Assembly (NCBI GenBank): GCA_900553395.1 | Contig: USDJ01000008.1 | Location: forward strand, 2,689 to 66,688 | Length of the DNA: 64,000 nucleotides | Source of the DNA: an uncultured Mycoplasmatota bacterium | GTDB lineage: Bacteria > Bacillota_I > Bacilli_A > RF39 > UBA660 | Direction of reading: 5' to 3' | Shown here: positions 18,221-27,546 of the stretch, in pieces | Numbering within the stretch: position 1 is the first letter of the stretch | Layout: each line of letters starts with the position of its first letter | Notes under the pieces: model-generated | Told to the model about the DNA's origin: nothing | Seen by the model: only the letters and a program-made list of their open reading frames with translations | Database searches by the model: none | Position numbers and translations under genes: made by a program

Positions 18221-18769
18221 CTATTTAAATAAAGGCCAAATTTTAAACCTTACTTTTCCTATAAAATTCTTTTTACTTATAAGTCCTACTTTAGGATCTC
18301 TACTATCTAGTGAATCTGTTCTATTGTCTCCAAGCAATAAATAATATCCATTAGGTATTTTTTCATAACCTAGTTCTCGTAAATCAAAATCATAATTTTC
18401 AACATTATCTAAATATGGTTCTTCTAATATTTTACCGTCAATATATATTTGATTATCTTTAATTTCTACATATTCACCAGGCAAACCTATTACTCTTTTA
18501 ATGAGATATTTAGTATCAGCATAAGATACAGAAACTATGTCTCCTCTATTTATTTTAAATATTTTGTAATATAACTTATCTAATACAACAACATCATTTT
18601 CTTTATAGGTTGGTGACATAGAAGGTCCTATCACTTGTTCAAGAGTTACAACATATAGTGCTACTAACAAAACACCAATAACCACTAATATATATTTGAA
18701 TGTATCTTTAAAAAATTCTTTAATTTCCAACCAATCCACAACATTCAACTCCCAAATTAATTCTAACAC
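18221..18769 (-). CDS. lepB: Signal peptidase I
   Basis: GPSMSPT (Ser box), YLIKRVIGLPGE (Lys box), GDNRTDSLDSR. Confidence 0.9.
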   Translation of the reverse strand: MLELIWELNVVDWLEIKEFFKDTFKYILVVIGVLLVALYVVTLEQVIGPSMSPTYKENDVVVLDKLYYKIFKINRGDIVSVSYADTKYLIKRVIGLPGEYVEIKDNQIYIDGKILEEPYLDNVENYDFDLRELGYEKIPNGYYLLLGDNRTDSLDSRDPKVGLISKKNFIGKVRFKIWPLFK

Positions 18770-18830
18770 ATTATTATATTTAAAATAAAGAGTTTAAAAT
18801 ATTTTGTTTTAACTTTACATAACATATGTA

Positions 18831-18858
18831 AAGAAAAAAGGATATTTAAATCCTTTTT
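18831..18858 (-). terminator. Rho-independent terminator
   Basis: Minus strand AAAAGGAT-loop-ATCCTTTT followed by a T-run. Confidence 0.6.
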
Positions 18859-21103
18859 AATTAGTTTCCTCAGAAATAGCTACAAACTCACCATTTCTAT
18901 TTTCAAATTTTAATGTATAATTTTTCTTATCATTTGTAGAGAAAGTTCTCTCATAAGTTATATATACATACTTAATATTTGTTGAATTAATTGAACTAGT
19001 ACGATACACAGGATTATAGAATGCGTCATTTTTATATTTAGACCAACGTATTCCCACAGTTGAACCTTTTACATCAAATAATCCACCAGTTGAAAATTCG
19101 TTATCTATTGTTTTTAAAATTTGTGTTGTGCCGTCAATATATTCTGCTTTAATATTTGTAATTTCAATATTTTCCAAATAAGTTTCTGTGATTTCTAAGA
19201 AATCTTCATCTACCTTTATAGTTTCTTTTGTATAACTATTATAGTCCCAATCTAGAAATCCACGTTTAGGTACATATCTTACAAAGCTCTTATTTAAATT
19301 GAATTTAACTACAAATTGAGTATCATAAGCTTCTTCATAAGTTATATCATAAGTATACTCATTATTAGTAAACTCACCATCAGTAACTGTTAAAGTAATA
19401 TCCTCACCTACATTAGCTGTAGTGAAATCAGTTGTATAAGAAGTTATTTCCTCTTTATGACCATCTTTAAATACCCTCTTAACAATTAAGTAGTTTTTAA
19501 TATCTACATTACTGTTTACTTGGAATTGTAATTGTGTGTTAGGTTTAAGAGTTACTTCTATTCCAACTTGTACTAAAGAATCATCAATGTCATATTTAGC
19601 TACATAAGTTATATCACTTGTTACTAATGTTTCACTTGTTGGCTCTGCTGGTTCCCATCCTACAAATTTAAATCCTTCGTTTGGAGTAACACTTGGAACA
19701 ATAATTCCAGCTGCTTCAAATGTTAAATCTGTTAATATGTTTTCATAAACTAAAGTACCTTCTAGAGTTCCATGTTCTCCAGCTTCGAACTTAACTGTAT
19801 AATGTTCTTCATCTTCATCTGGAATATTATTTCCATTTTCATCAGTTGTTGCTTTATATGTTACTGTTACTGTTACATCTTCTTTTGGCATTACACCTTC
19901 TACTACTGCTTTATCTGCTGTGTATTTTTCTATTACTGGTGTTTCTACTCTGTAACTCATATTATAAACTACATCTTTTGTATATGTTTCATATGCTTCT
20001 TTGCCATCTACATATACATATTTTATTGTTAGTTTATATGTTTCTTCTTCATCTGCTATTCCGTTTTGATTTTCATCGTTGATTGGTCCAAATACTGCCT
20101 TATATGTTACATCACTTGTTACTAATGTCTCACTTGTTGGCTCTACTGGTTCCCATCCCTTTAATTCATAATAATTATCAGCTACTGCTGTTGGAACATT
20201 AATTCCAGCTGCTTCAAATGTTAAATCTGTTAATATGTTTTCATAAATTAGAGTTCCTTCTAATTTACCTCTTCCTTCGCTTTCAAATTTAACTGTATAA
20301 TGTTCTTCATCTTCATCTGGAATATTATTTCCATTTTCATCTTTAAATACTTCAACATCACGAGTTACACTAGCACTTTTACCATATCTATCAGTTATAG
20401 TGTAAGTTAATGTATATTTTCCTACAGAATCAACATCTAAATTACTCTCAACTTTAACATCTGATTCCTTTGTTATATTATCGTGTGGATCTAACTCGAT
20501 TTCAACGCCAGCTTCTACATACCTAGAGCCTACTGCCATTTTGTATGGATTATCACCCAATAATCTAATTATTGGATCAATAGTCTCTGGATGAGATTCT
20601 GGGTCGAAAGGATCAGTTGGATCTTCAGACTTAATTTCTTCTTCATTAGTAAATCCGTCGTTATCTTCATCACCTTTTGGATCAAGAACAACTAATTCAC
20701 GAGTTGAAGATTTTGTATTATTATTTTTACTTACAGTATATGTTATAGTGTAAGTACCTATATTTAACTTAGTTGTATCTGTTATATCTGCATTTATTTC
20801 TAATTTTTCATCACTATCTAGCGTAACACCAGTCATTACATCATATTTGTCACCATATAAAATGATAACTCTCTTTGGTTCTACTTTAATATTAGGAATA
20901 TTTGTTACTGGGTTTACAACAGGAGTAGTAATATCTTGGTTATTGTCATTATTCAAATCATCATCTTGATTATCTTTAGGTTCTACTACATCTTTTATAG
21001 GATCTTTTAATACTGGTTTAACTTCACCTGGATTGGCAAAAGTAAACATAAATAATCCTAAAAAGATAAATAAAACTATAGCAATTATTTTCTTTTTGCT
21101 CAT
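18857..21103 (-). CDS. Large secreted/surface protein with Ig-like, MucBP-like and duplicated modules
   Basis: Signal/anchor helix, DUF5011-like Ig segments (LLGDNPY...), an acidic DxDxDG-type stretch (DEDNDGFTNEEE), a MucBP-like YKLTIKYVYVDGKEAY... segment, and a ~166-aa internal duplication. Confidence 0.7.
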   Translation of the reverse strand: MSKKKIIAIVLFIFLGLFMFTFANPGEVKPVLKDPIKDVVEPKDNQDDDLNNDNNQDITTPVVNPVTNIPNIKVEPKRVIILYGDKYDVMTGVTLDSDEKLEINADITDTTKLNIGTYTITYTVSKNNNTKSSTRELVVLDPKGDEDNDGFTNEEEIKSEDPTDPFDPESHPETIDPIIRLLGDNPYKMAVGSRYVEAGVEIELDPHDNITKESDVKVESNLDVDSVGKYTLTYTITDRYGKSASVTRDVEVFKDENGNNIPDEDEEHYTVKFESEGRGKLEGTLIYENILTDLTFEAAGINVPTAVADNYYELKGWEPVEPTSETLVTSDVTYKAVFGPINDENQNGIADEEETYKLTIKYVYVDGKEAYETYTKDVVYNMSYRVETPVIEKYTADKAVVEGVMPKEDVTVTVTYKATTDENGNNIPDEDEEHYTVKFEAGEHGTLEGTLVYENILTDLTFEAAGIIVPSVTPNEGFKFVGWEPAEPTSETLVTSDITYVAKYDIDDSLVQVGIEVTLKPNTQLQFQVNSNVDIKNYLIVKRVFKDGHKEEITSYTTDFTTANVGEDITLTVTDGEFTNNEYTYDITYEEAYDTQFVVKFNLNKSFVRYVPKRGFLDWDYNSYTKETIKVDEDFLEITETYLENIEITNIKAEYIDGTTQILKTIDNEFSTGGLFDVKGSTVGIRWSKYKNDAFYNPVYRTSSINSTNIKYVYITYERTFSTNDKKNYTLKFENRNGEFVAISEETN
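19600..20341. repeat. Tandem duplication (~498-bp unit) inside the surface-protein gene
   Basis: 19703-19843 matches 20201-20341, and ~19610-19665 matches ~20105-20160, both nearly identical. They encode DENGNNIPDEDEEHYTVKFE...GTL.YENILTDLTFEAAGI twice. Confidence 0.8.
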
Positions 21104-21172
21104 TATTAAACCTCCCTTTAATTTCTACAACCTTTTATATTGAGCCGGACGAACTTTATTTTAAATTTTTAA

Positions 21173-21532
21173 TTATTTCTTCATTCCTACAAAGAATGGA
21201 CTAAACTGATATGCATTATTTAAAGACTCTCTATGATAACTATAAACTTTGTATCCTAAACCTACACATTCATCTACTGTACCATCATCAAACTTATGAG
21301 TCTTTTCTGATAAGCAAAATACAGGTTCTTTTTCATTTTTAATCTTGATGAAATCAGTTAACCAAATAGCTGCTAAAACTGTTATACCTACCCAAAAGAT
21401 AATATTGAATACTAATTTAGCAATTTTTTTACCTTTAGGTTCTTCTGCAACAACTATTTCTTCTACCTTTTTAGTGCTAGCTTTTTTGCTTTTAGGTTCT
21501 TCTGCAACTACGTTTTCTTTTACTTTTTTCAT
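21173..21532 (-). CDS. Small membrane-anchored protein
   Basis: Repeated N-terminal VVAEEPK.KK motif and one TM helix (FNIIFWVGITVLAAIWL). Confidence 0.5.
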   Translation of the reverse strand: MKKVKENVVAEEPKSKKASTKKVEEIVVAEEPKGKKIAKLVFNIIFWVGITVLAAIWLTDFIKIKNEKEPVFCLSEKTHKFDDGTVDECVGLGYKVYSYHRESLNNAYQFSPFFVGMKK

Positions 21533-21654
21533 ATCGTTTCACCGCCTCTCACAAATCAATAACATCCGACAACTATATTTTATATTTTTAACTAAAAAAA
21601 GGCAAGCTTTTTTATACATTTTTCTAAAAATTGCATCAATATTCGACCAATTTC

Positions 21655-21690
21655 TAAAAAAAGAATTATACACTATAATATATAATTCTT
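21655..21690 (-). terminator. Rho-independent terminator
   Basis: Perfect 10-bp stem AAGAATTATA/TATAATTCTT followed by a T-run on the minus strand. Confidence 0.65.
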
Positions 21691-21707
21691 TAGCTTTCCT
21701 TTTATTC

Positions 21708-22127
21708 TTATTTTTGTATCATATTTAGTAAGTTTATTTTAAATATATCCTTTTCAGCATGTTCTTTAGATACCATAACCCCTTTATAAGTTACCAGTTC
21801 TGATGCATGGCCTTCACTTAGAATATCCTTTGGTTCAAATTTATCTAACATTACTATTTTTTCACTGTGATATACAACATAGTATAACTTAATATCACCG
21901 TGTACCTTAGAAAACATAGCGTCCGTTGGAAGTTTTAATTCATAAGTAGTTGTATTGTTTGCTTGATTAAATGAAATAGCTTTTCCTAAAAAATTACCTT
22001 CTTTTAAAGATGGATAATAATCAAAATATAATTTTTTATAAGCTAACATATTATATTTTTTTATTGCTCTTTCAAGCTTTCTAAATTCGTTTTCATTCAC
22101 GTAATCAAATATATATGTTTCCTTCAT
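21708..22127 (-). CDS. Hypothetical protein
   Basis: ORF with a GGAGGTGAATGT RBS. No motif recognised. Confidence 0.5.
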   Translation of the reverse strand: MKETYIFDYVNENEFRKLERAIKKYNMLAYKKLYFDYYPSLKEGNFLGKAISFNQANNTTTYELKLPTDAMFSKVHGDIKLYYVVYHSEKIVMLDKFEPKDILSEGHASELVTYKGVMVSKEHAEKDIFKINLLNMIQK

Positions 22128-22206
22128 ACATTCACCTCCATTTGGACACTTCTTCTACTATAAATATAGTAACACAAGGGTTCTTTTTTGTCAAACGAAA
22201 AAAAGG

Positions 22207-22231
22207 AAAAAAAGTGTTTTATACACTTTTT
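22207..22231 (-). terminator. Rho-independent terminator
   Basis: Minus strand AAAGTGT-loop-ACACTTT followed by TTTTTTT. Confidence 0.6.
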
Positions 22232-23543
22232 ATACTTCCTTTACATTACCTGTTAACTTATAACCTTTACCAATAAGTTTGGCATCAAAATTGCTATAGC
22301 TCCACTTGATATCGGTTGTTCCTTTAACAAATGTACAAGTCTTAGACCTATAATATGTAACTTTTGAATATATAGGGACTTTAACAGTTTCATATATTGG
22401 TACTATTACTTGTTTTGTCTTTTCAACTTCTCTAAAGTCATAAACTGGTACCGTTTGTTCTTCATACACATCAACAGTTCTATATACTGGTACTTCTTTA
22501 GTATACTCTTTAACATCATAAACAGTTTCTACCTTATAAATTTCCCAAGTATAAATTGTTTCGTTAGTACAATAAGAACAAGAAGATGGCTTATCTACAC
22601 TTATTACTTTATAATGCATAGTATCAGTATTACTTGGAACTTTAGTTCCAGTATCTACTCCCACATATACTTCAACAGTGCCAACCGCTACTTTTTCTGT
22701 ATAAGTTTCTGTCTTAGTTCCAACCTGGATTTGTTTTGTTCCAGTCTTTACTAGCTTTGTAGTATAACCTGAAATATATCTTTCAACATCAGTATATGTT
22801 TGCTTTTCTATCTTTGTACCTGTTTGTATAGTTACATCTTTATAACCTGTAGTTTCTTCTACTTCTTTAGTTTCCACTTTAACCGAGTCAGATGCCTCTA
22901 TTGGATCTTTTTGCCATTTTGACCAATCAGTACAATTAGTGCAATCCTTAGTTTCTAATTTATACTCATACATGTATTTATGAGATACTGGATTGGTTGG
23001 ATTCGTCGGATTTGATGGTGTACTAGGATTTGTCGGATTTGATACTGGTTTTGTGTCTGATACTTGTTTTTCACAAATACCATCTGGACAATAATTATAG
23101 CATCCTAAGTAAACTATTATATAGTCTTCATCTTCACCACAACTTAAATTAACTTTTAGTCTATACTCTTCATCATACTTAGTCATTTCTACATATGATT
23201 TAGTTTCACTACAATACTTACCATTTTTATCTTTCATTTTAAGCACTAAATGCAAGTCATACATTTCTCTTAAAGTTAACTTTTTAGTTTCACCAACAAC
23301 TTTTGGCATTCTTTCGTTCGTAAAATAGCCTATTGCAGCTTCTTTCATCCTACCAACATTATTAGCAAACACTTCATCATAAAGCACAGATAGTCTCTCA
23401 AGATCACGTGTACTTTGAAGTTTTTCATCTACATAGTTTTTGGTAGGAAATAACCATAACATTAAAAATACAAATAAAAGTACCAATAATAATGTTAAGA
23501 AAAAGCTTTTAAATGAGAATTTTTCTTTTCTTTCCTCGTACAT
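22230..23543 (-). CDS. Membrane-anchored Cys-containing extracellular protein, unknown family
   Basis: The ATG at 23543 has an AAGGGGGG RBS. One TM helix, a PT-rich linker (PTNPSTPSNPTNPTNP), and a beta-rich C-terminal part with repeated VPVY/VPIY motifs. Confidence 0.55.
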   Translation of the reverse strand: MYEERKEKFSFKSFFLTLLLVLLFVFLMLWLFPTKNYVDEKLQSTRDLERLSVLYDEVFANNVGRMKEAAIGYFTNERMPKVVGETKKLTLREMYDLHLVLKMKDKNGKYCSETKSYVEMTKYDEEYRLKVNLSCGEDEDYIIVYLGCYNYCPDGICEKQVSDTKPVSNPTNPSTPSNPTNPTNPVSHKYMYEYKLETKDCTNCTDWSKWQKDPIEASDSVKVETKEVEETTGYKDVTIQTGTKIEKQTYTDVERYISGYTTKLVKTGTKQIQVGTKTETYTEKVAVGTVEVYVGVDTGTKVPSNTDTMHYKVISVDKPSSCSYCTNETIYTWEIYKVETVYDVKEYTKEVPVYRTVDVYEEQTVPVYDFREVEKTKQVIVPIYETVKVPIYSKVTYYRSKTCTFVKGTTDIKWSYSNFDAKLIGKGYKLTGNVKEV

Positions 23544-23605
23544 ATAGAGCCCCCCTTGTTTTAATGCCTTATATACTAGCACCATTAACCTTTTTTGTCA
23601 AGTTA

Positions 23606-24835
23606 TTATAAATTAATTCTTATCAAATAATATTTCTTTTTTCCTCTTCTTATTACAATAACACTATTATCTATAGCTATATTTTTATCTAAGACCAAGT
23701 CTTCTTGTGAAATTACATTTCCATTGATGCTTATTGCTCCACTATTTAAAAATTCTCTTACTTCTCTTCTAGAAGAACAAATTTTATTATCAACTAAAAC
23801 ATCTATTAATGAAGAACCAGAATCAATATTAAAGCTTGGAACACCTTTAAAGCAAATCTCTATTTCATCTTTTGTAAGTTCACTAACATTACCATTAAAT
23901 AAAACCTCGCTCATTTTTAAGGCATGATTAAACTCTTCTTCACCGTGAAGAAAAGTTATAACTTCTCTAGCCAAAGCTTTTTGAGCTATTCTTAATTCAG
24001 GTTTAGATGTGTGCTCGGCCTCAATCTTCTCTATTTCCTCTTTTGTTAAAAATGTTAATTTTTTTAAATAATCTATAACGCAAGCATCATCCGTATTAAT
24101 TAAATATTGATATAATTCATAACTAGAAGTTTTATTTTTGTCAAGCCATAGCGCATTTCCTTCTGTTTTTCCGAATTTTACGCCATTAGAATCAAGTACA
24201 AGTGGCATAGTCATACCATATAGTTCTACGTTACTTTTCTTTCTAGCAAGTTCTATTCCTGTTGTTATGTTTCCCCACTGATCAGAGCCAGCAACTTGAA
24301 GTGTAACACCTTTTGACTCATTTAAATGTACAAAATCAAGGCCTTGTAATAAAGTATAAGCAAATTCACAGAAAGTAATTCCAGTATCTAGTCTTCTACT
24401 TATTATGTCTTTATCTAGCATATAGTTTACATTTATATATTTGCCGTAATCTCTTAAAAAGTCAAGAATATTTATATCTTTAATCCAATCATAGTTATTT
24501 ACGACTTCAAATCCAAAAATATTTTTAGCCTGATTAGTTAGCCCTTCAACATTTTTTTCTACTTCTTCTTTACTGATCATTTGTCTTTCTTTAGATGGTT
24601 TTGGATCGCCTATAAGGCCAGTAGCTCCACCAATAAGAAGTATAGGCTTATGCCCATAACGGGCAAGTCTGGTTGCTATTAAAAAGCTTGAAAAATGACC
24701 AATATGCATTGAATCTGCTGTTGGATCTGTACCTATATAAAAAGTTAATTTTTCTTCATTTAATTTTTTTTCTAATTCTGGACTACTAATATCTTTTATA
24801 AGTCCTCTCCATTTTAAATCTTCAAATAATGTCAT
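23606..24835 (-). CDS. tyrS: Tyrosine--tRNA ligase
   Basis: HIGH (DSMHIGH), KFGKT and a C-terminal S4-like domain. The ATG at 24835 follows a GGAGGAATATT RBS; the longer ORF in the track overlaps deoC. Confidence 0.9.
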   Translation of the reverse strand: MTLFEDLKWRGLIKDISSPELEKKLNEEKLTFYIGTDPTADSMHIGHFSSFLIATRLARYGHKPILLIGGATGLIGDPKPSKERQMISKEEVEKNVEGLTNQAKNIFGFEVVNNYDWIKDINILDFLRDYGKYINVNYMLDKDIISRRLDTGITFCEFAYTLLQGLDFVHLNESKGVTLQVAGSDQWGNITTGIELARKKSNVELYGMTMPLVLDSNGVKFGKTEGNALWLDKNKTSSYELYQYLINTDDACVIDYLKKLTFLTKEEIEKIEAEHTSKPELRIAQKALAREVITFLHGEEEFNHALKMSEVLFNGNVSELTKDEIEICFKGVPSFNIDSGSSLIDVLVDNKICSSRREVREFLNSGAISINGNVISQEDLVLDKNIAIDNSVIVIRRGKKKYYLIRINL

Positions 24836-24845
24836 AATATTCCTC

Positions 24846-25517
24846 CTAATCTTTATCACAAGTACAATTATCACAGTCACAGTTCATAATTTGAACACCA
24901 TGAGTTGTACCAATTCTAGTAACTCCTAAATTAATAAATTCTTCTGCTTTTTCATAACTATCAATTCCGCCACTAGCCTTTACTTCTAAAACATCATTTT
25001 TATAGTCATTTATAAGTTCTATATCTTTTACTTGTGCCCCACTTAAAGAAAATCCTGTACTAGTTTTAATAAAATTAACAAATGTTTCATTGCATATTTG
25101 AGTCATTTTTATTATTTCTTCGTCAGTTAAAAGACAAGTTTCAATAATAACTTTTAATACTTTACCATCTATTGCATCTCTTACTTCTTCTATCTCGTTT
25201 TTAACATATTTATAATCTTTATTTTTAAGGGCTGAAATATTTATTACCATATCTATTTCTTTAGCGCCTTTCTCAACAGCATCTATTGCCTCAAATACTT
25301 TTGTTTCAAGAGTATTTATTCCCATTGGAAATCCAACTACTGTACAGACATCTATATTGTGTCCCTTTAAAAGATTAACCGCTAGTGGTACATAATAAGG
25401 ATGCACACAAACACTAGCAAATCTATATTTTATAGCCTCATTACATAGCTTTTCAATATTTTTTAATGTAGCAGTATTTTTTAAATTAGTATGATCTATA
25501 TATTTATTTAATTCCAT
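24846..25517 (-). CDS. deoC: Deoxyribose-phosphate aldolase with Cys-rich C-terminal tail
   Basis: IDHTNLK, FIKTSTGF and VKASGGI (Schiff-base Lys context). GGAG RBS before the ATG at 25517. Confidence 0.85.
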   Translation of the reverse strand: MELNKYIDHTNLKNTATLKNIEKLCNEAIKYRFASVCVHPYYVPLAVNLLKGHNIDVCTVVGFPMGINTLETKVFEAIDAVEKGAKEIDMVINISALKNKDYKYVKNEIEEVRDAIDGKVLKVIIETCLLTDEEIIKMTQICNETFVNFIKTSTGFSLSGAQVKDIELINDYKNDVLEVKASGGIDSYEKAEEFINLGVTRIGTTHGVQIMNCDCDNCTCDKD

Positions 25518-25555
25518 ATGAACATCTCCTTTTTCTAAAATCACTAATTTTATAA

Positions 25556-25744
25556 TAACAAAAAAGTATTACAAACATAGGGACGTAATTTACGCGGTAC
25601 CACCCTATTTCATAATACTATTATGCTCTTGAAAGTTATAACGGACTTATCCGGCTTAAAAGTAATTCGCTATTTTAACTTGTTTAACTTACACCACCGT
25701 TAAATCTCTTCATTTCCATTAAAACAACTACTAAAATAATTAAG
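25556..25744 (-). promoter_or_regulatory. T-box leader upstream of deoC-tyrS
   Basis: Minus strand, in canonical order: GAAGAGA (AG box); UUUAAC-GGUGGUGUAA-GUUAAA (distal loop); GCGAAUUACUUUU (specifier region containing UAC); hairpin AUAAUAGUAUUAU; T-box AAUAGGGUGGUACCGCG (25593-25606 on +); then a hairpin and U-run. Confidence 0.75.
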
Positions 25745-25870
25745 TTAACCAAAAAATAATCTTTGTATGCTTGGGTCGTTAATAATTTGGTTATAGTAAT
25801 ATAGCGAAACAAAGAAAGCTATAGCCAAAATAAACACATACCATACCATTGACTTTACTCCCCACTTCAT
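25745..25870 (-). CDS. 41-aa small membrane protein
   Basis: Not in the ORF track. AGGAGGACGT RBS. Product: MKWGVKSMVWYVFILAIAFFVSLYYYNQIINDPSIQRLFFG. Confidence 0.45.
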   Translation of the reverse strand: MKWGVKSMVWYVFILAIAFFVSLYYYNQIINDPSIQRLFFG

Positions 25871-25878
25871 ACGTCCTC

Positions 25879-26460
25879 CTAAAATATTATTTTATCTTCA
25901 TTAGTATCTTTAAACCTATATAATTTAGCAGGTCTACCTAATGAAATAGAACTCATCTTGCTTAAGTCTTCTAATACATTAAGATTGATAAGTTTCTTTC
26001 TAAAATTTCTTCTATCAAGTTTTGTATTATACAAGTTTTCATATAACTTTTGAATATCTGGTATTTTAAATTCACCAGAATATATACTTTTTATAGTGTT
26101 TAAATGAGTTAAATCATCTTTTAAACACTCTATAAGTTTTAAAGTAAAAATATCAGATTTGTCTAAACTTGATAATTTAATAAATCTAAAATTACCTTTT
26201 AAGACTACATCTTTATACCTAATTATAGCATAATATAACATAGTTATTACAAGTCCAAAGTCATTTTTTTCAGTAAATGTATACCCCTGCTTTAGTGAAA
26301 TAGAATCCAGCTTAAAATTGGCCTTCAAATACTCCCTACAAGATATATTCGGGTCATCTAAGCAGGTAATCGTTGGTAGAAACGAAACATCGTATAAAAC
26401 ATATATATCGTTATCTATTACTGTAAAAATTCCTATAACACTTCTCAAACTTATATTCAT
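25879..26460 (-). CDS. NrtR-like regulator (Nudix-like N-terminal domain + C-terminal winged helix)
   Basis: The C-terminal LDRRNFRKKLINLNVLEDL...LGRPAKLYRF is typical of the NrtR wHTH. GAGGTAGTT RBS before the ATG at 26460. Confidence 0.5.
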   Translation of the reverse strand: MNISLRSVIGIFTVIDNDIYVLYDVSFLPTITCLDDPNISCREYLKANFKLDSISLKQGYTFTEKNDFGLVITMLYYAIIRYKDVVLKGNFRFIKLSSLDKSDIFTLKLIECLKDDLTHLNTIKSIYSGEFKIPDIQKLYENLYNTKLDRRNFRKKLINLNVLEDLSKMSSISLGRPAKLYRFKDTNEDKIIF

Positions 26461-26514
26461 AACTACCTCTTTGTGTCTTAAACACAATCATTTTATAACA
26501 AAATGACTATAATG

Positions 26515-27483
26515 TCAAATCATTAAATAAGAAATTAATTTTGAAGGATCTTCATTATTAAATATTATGTCATATATTATATTTATAGTTGGAATATCAA
26601 TTTTTTTATGATTGATTAATTTATATATACTCTTTAATGTATATAATCCTTCTACAGTAGTTTTAGATAAATACTCATCTAATTCTTTCCTTGTAGCTTT
26701 ACTTCCAACTAACTTTCCAAAACTATAATTTCTACTTTTAATTGAAGTACAAGTAAGCAAAATATCTCCAAATCCCGCAAAAGATAATATTGTTTTTTTA
26801 GATCCTCCGAGTGCATGAATTAGTGCTTTTATATCATGCAATGCTTCTGTGATAAGAAGGGCTTGAGTAGAAATAGGATATCCCATACCATCTATCATGC
26901 CAGATGCTAAAGCTATTATATTTTTGACAGATCCACAAACCTCAATTCCAACTATATCTGAAGTTGGATATAATATAAAATGTTCATTTGATAAAGCTTC
27001 TTTTATATAACTTAGTGTCCTCTTATTTTTAGAAGCACAAGATAAACCTACAGGAACTTTGTTTACTAAATCAACTGCAAAACTAGGTCCAGATATTGCT
27101 CCTATATTTTTAGTTTTTATTTGTTTATGAACCATATCGTGTATAAAAAGACAAGTATCCTGCTCTATTCCTTTACTAGCTATACAAATATGTTGATTAG
27201 GTCTTATAAAATCTTTTAATTTTTTACAAACATCACTTATAAAGGCCGTAGGAATAGCAATAATTATAAGTTTACTATTTTCTATTGCTTGACATAAATT
27301 AGTAGTTACATATACATCGTCATCTAATACAAATTCTTTTAGTCTAGAACTTTTTTTAGTTTCTAATAATTCATTTTTCTCTTCCTCAAAAGTAGTCCAT
27401 AGAGTAAGCTCATGCCCATTTTCTGCAATTATTTTAGAAAGAGATAAACCATATGCGCCAGTACCAAGTATCGTTACTTTCAT
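26515..27483 (-). CDS. gpsA: NAD(P)H-dependent glycerol-3-phosphate dehydrogenase
   Basis: KVTILGTGAYG Rossmann motif plus the ...SKGIE... and ...NRNYSFG.. patterns. Confidence 0.85.
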   Translation of the reverse strand: MKVTILGTGAYGLSLSKIIAENGHELTLWTTFEEEKNELLETKKSSRLKEFVLDDDVYVTTNLCQAIENSKLIIIAIPTAFISDVCKKLKDFIRPNQHICIASKGIEQDTCLFIHDMVHKQIKTKNIGAISGPSFAVDLVNKVPVGLSCASKNKRTLSYIKEALSNEHFILYPTSDIVGIEVCGSVKNIIALASGMIDGMGYPISTQALLITEALHDIKALIHALGGSKKTILSFAGFGDILLTCTSIKSRNYSFGKLVGSKATRKELDEYLSKTTVEGLYTLKSIYKLINHKKIDIPTINIIYDIIFNNEDPSKLISYLMI

Positions 27484-27546
27484 ATTCTCACTACCCATCT
27501 ATAGTAATTATATAAAATAAAAGGTACTTTTTCAAGTACATTTTAC

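Noticed and set aside
19772-20082. Two overlapping + strand ORFs (86 and 78 aa) rich in F/L/I/C/Y.
   Set aside because: They are antisense to the well-supported surface-protein gene. The composition is typical of antisense frames in AT-rich DNA.
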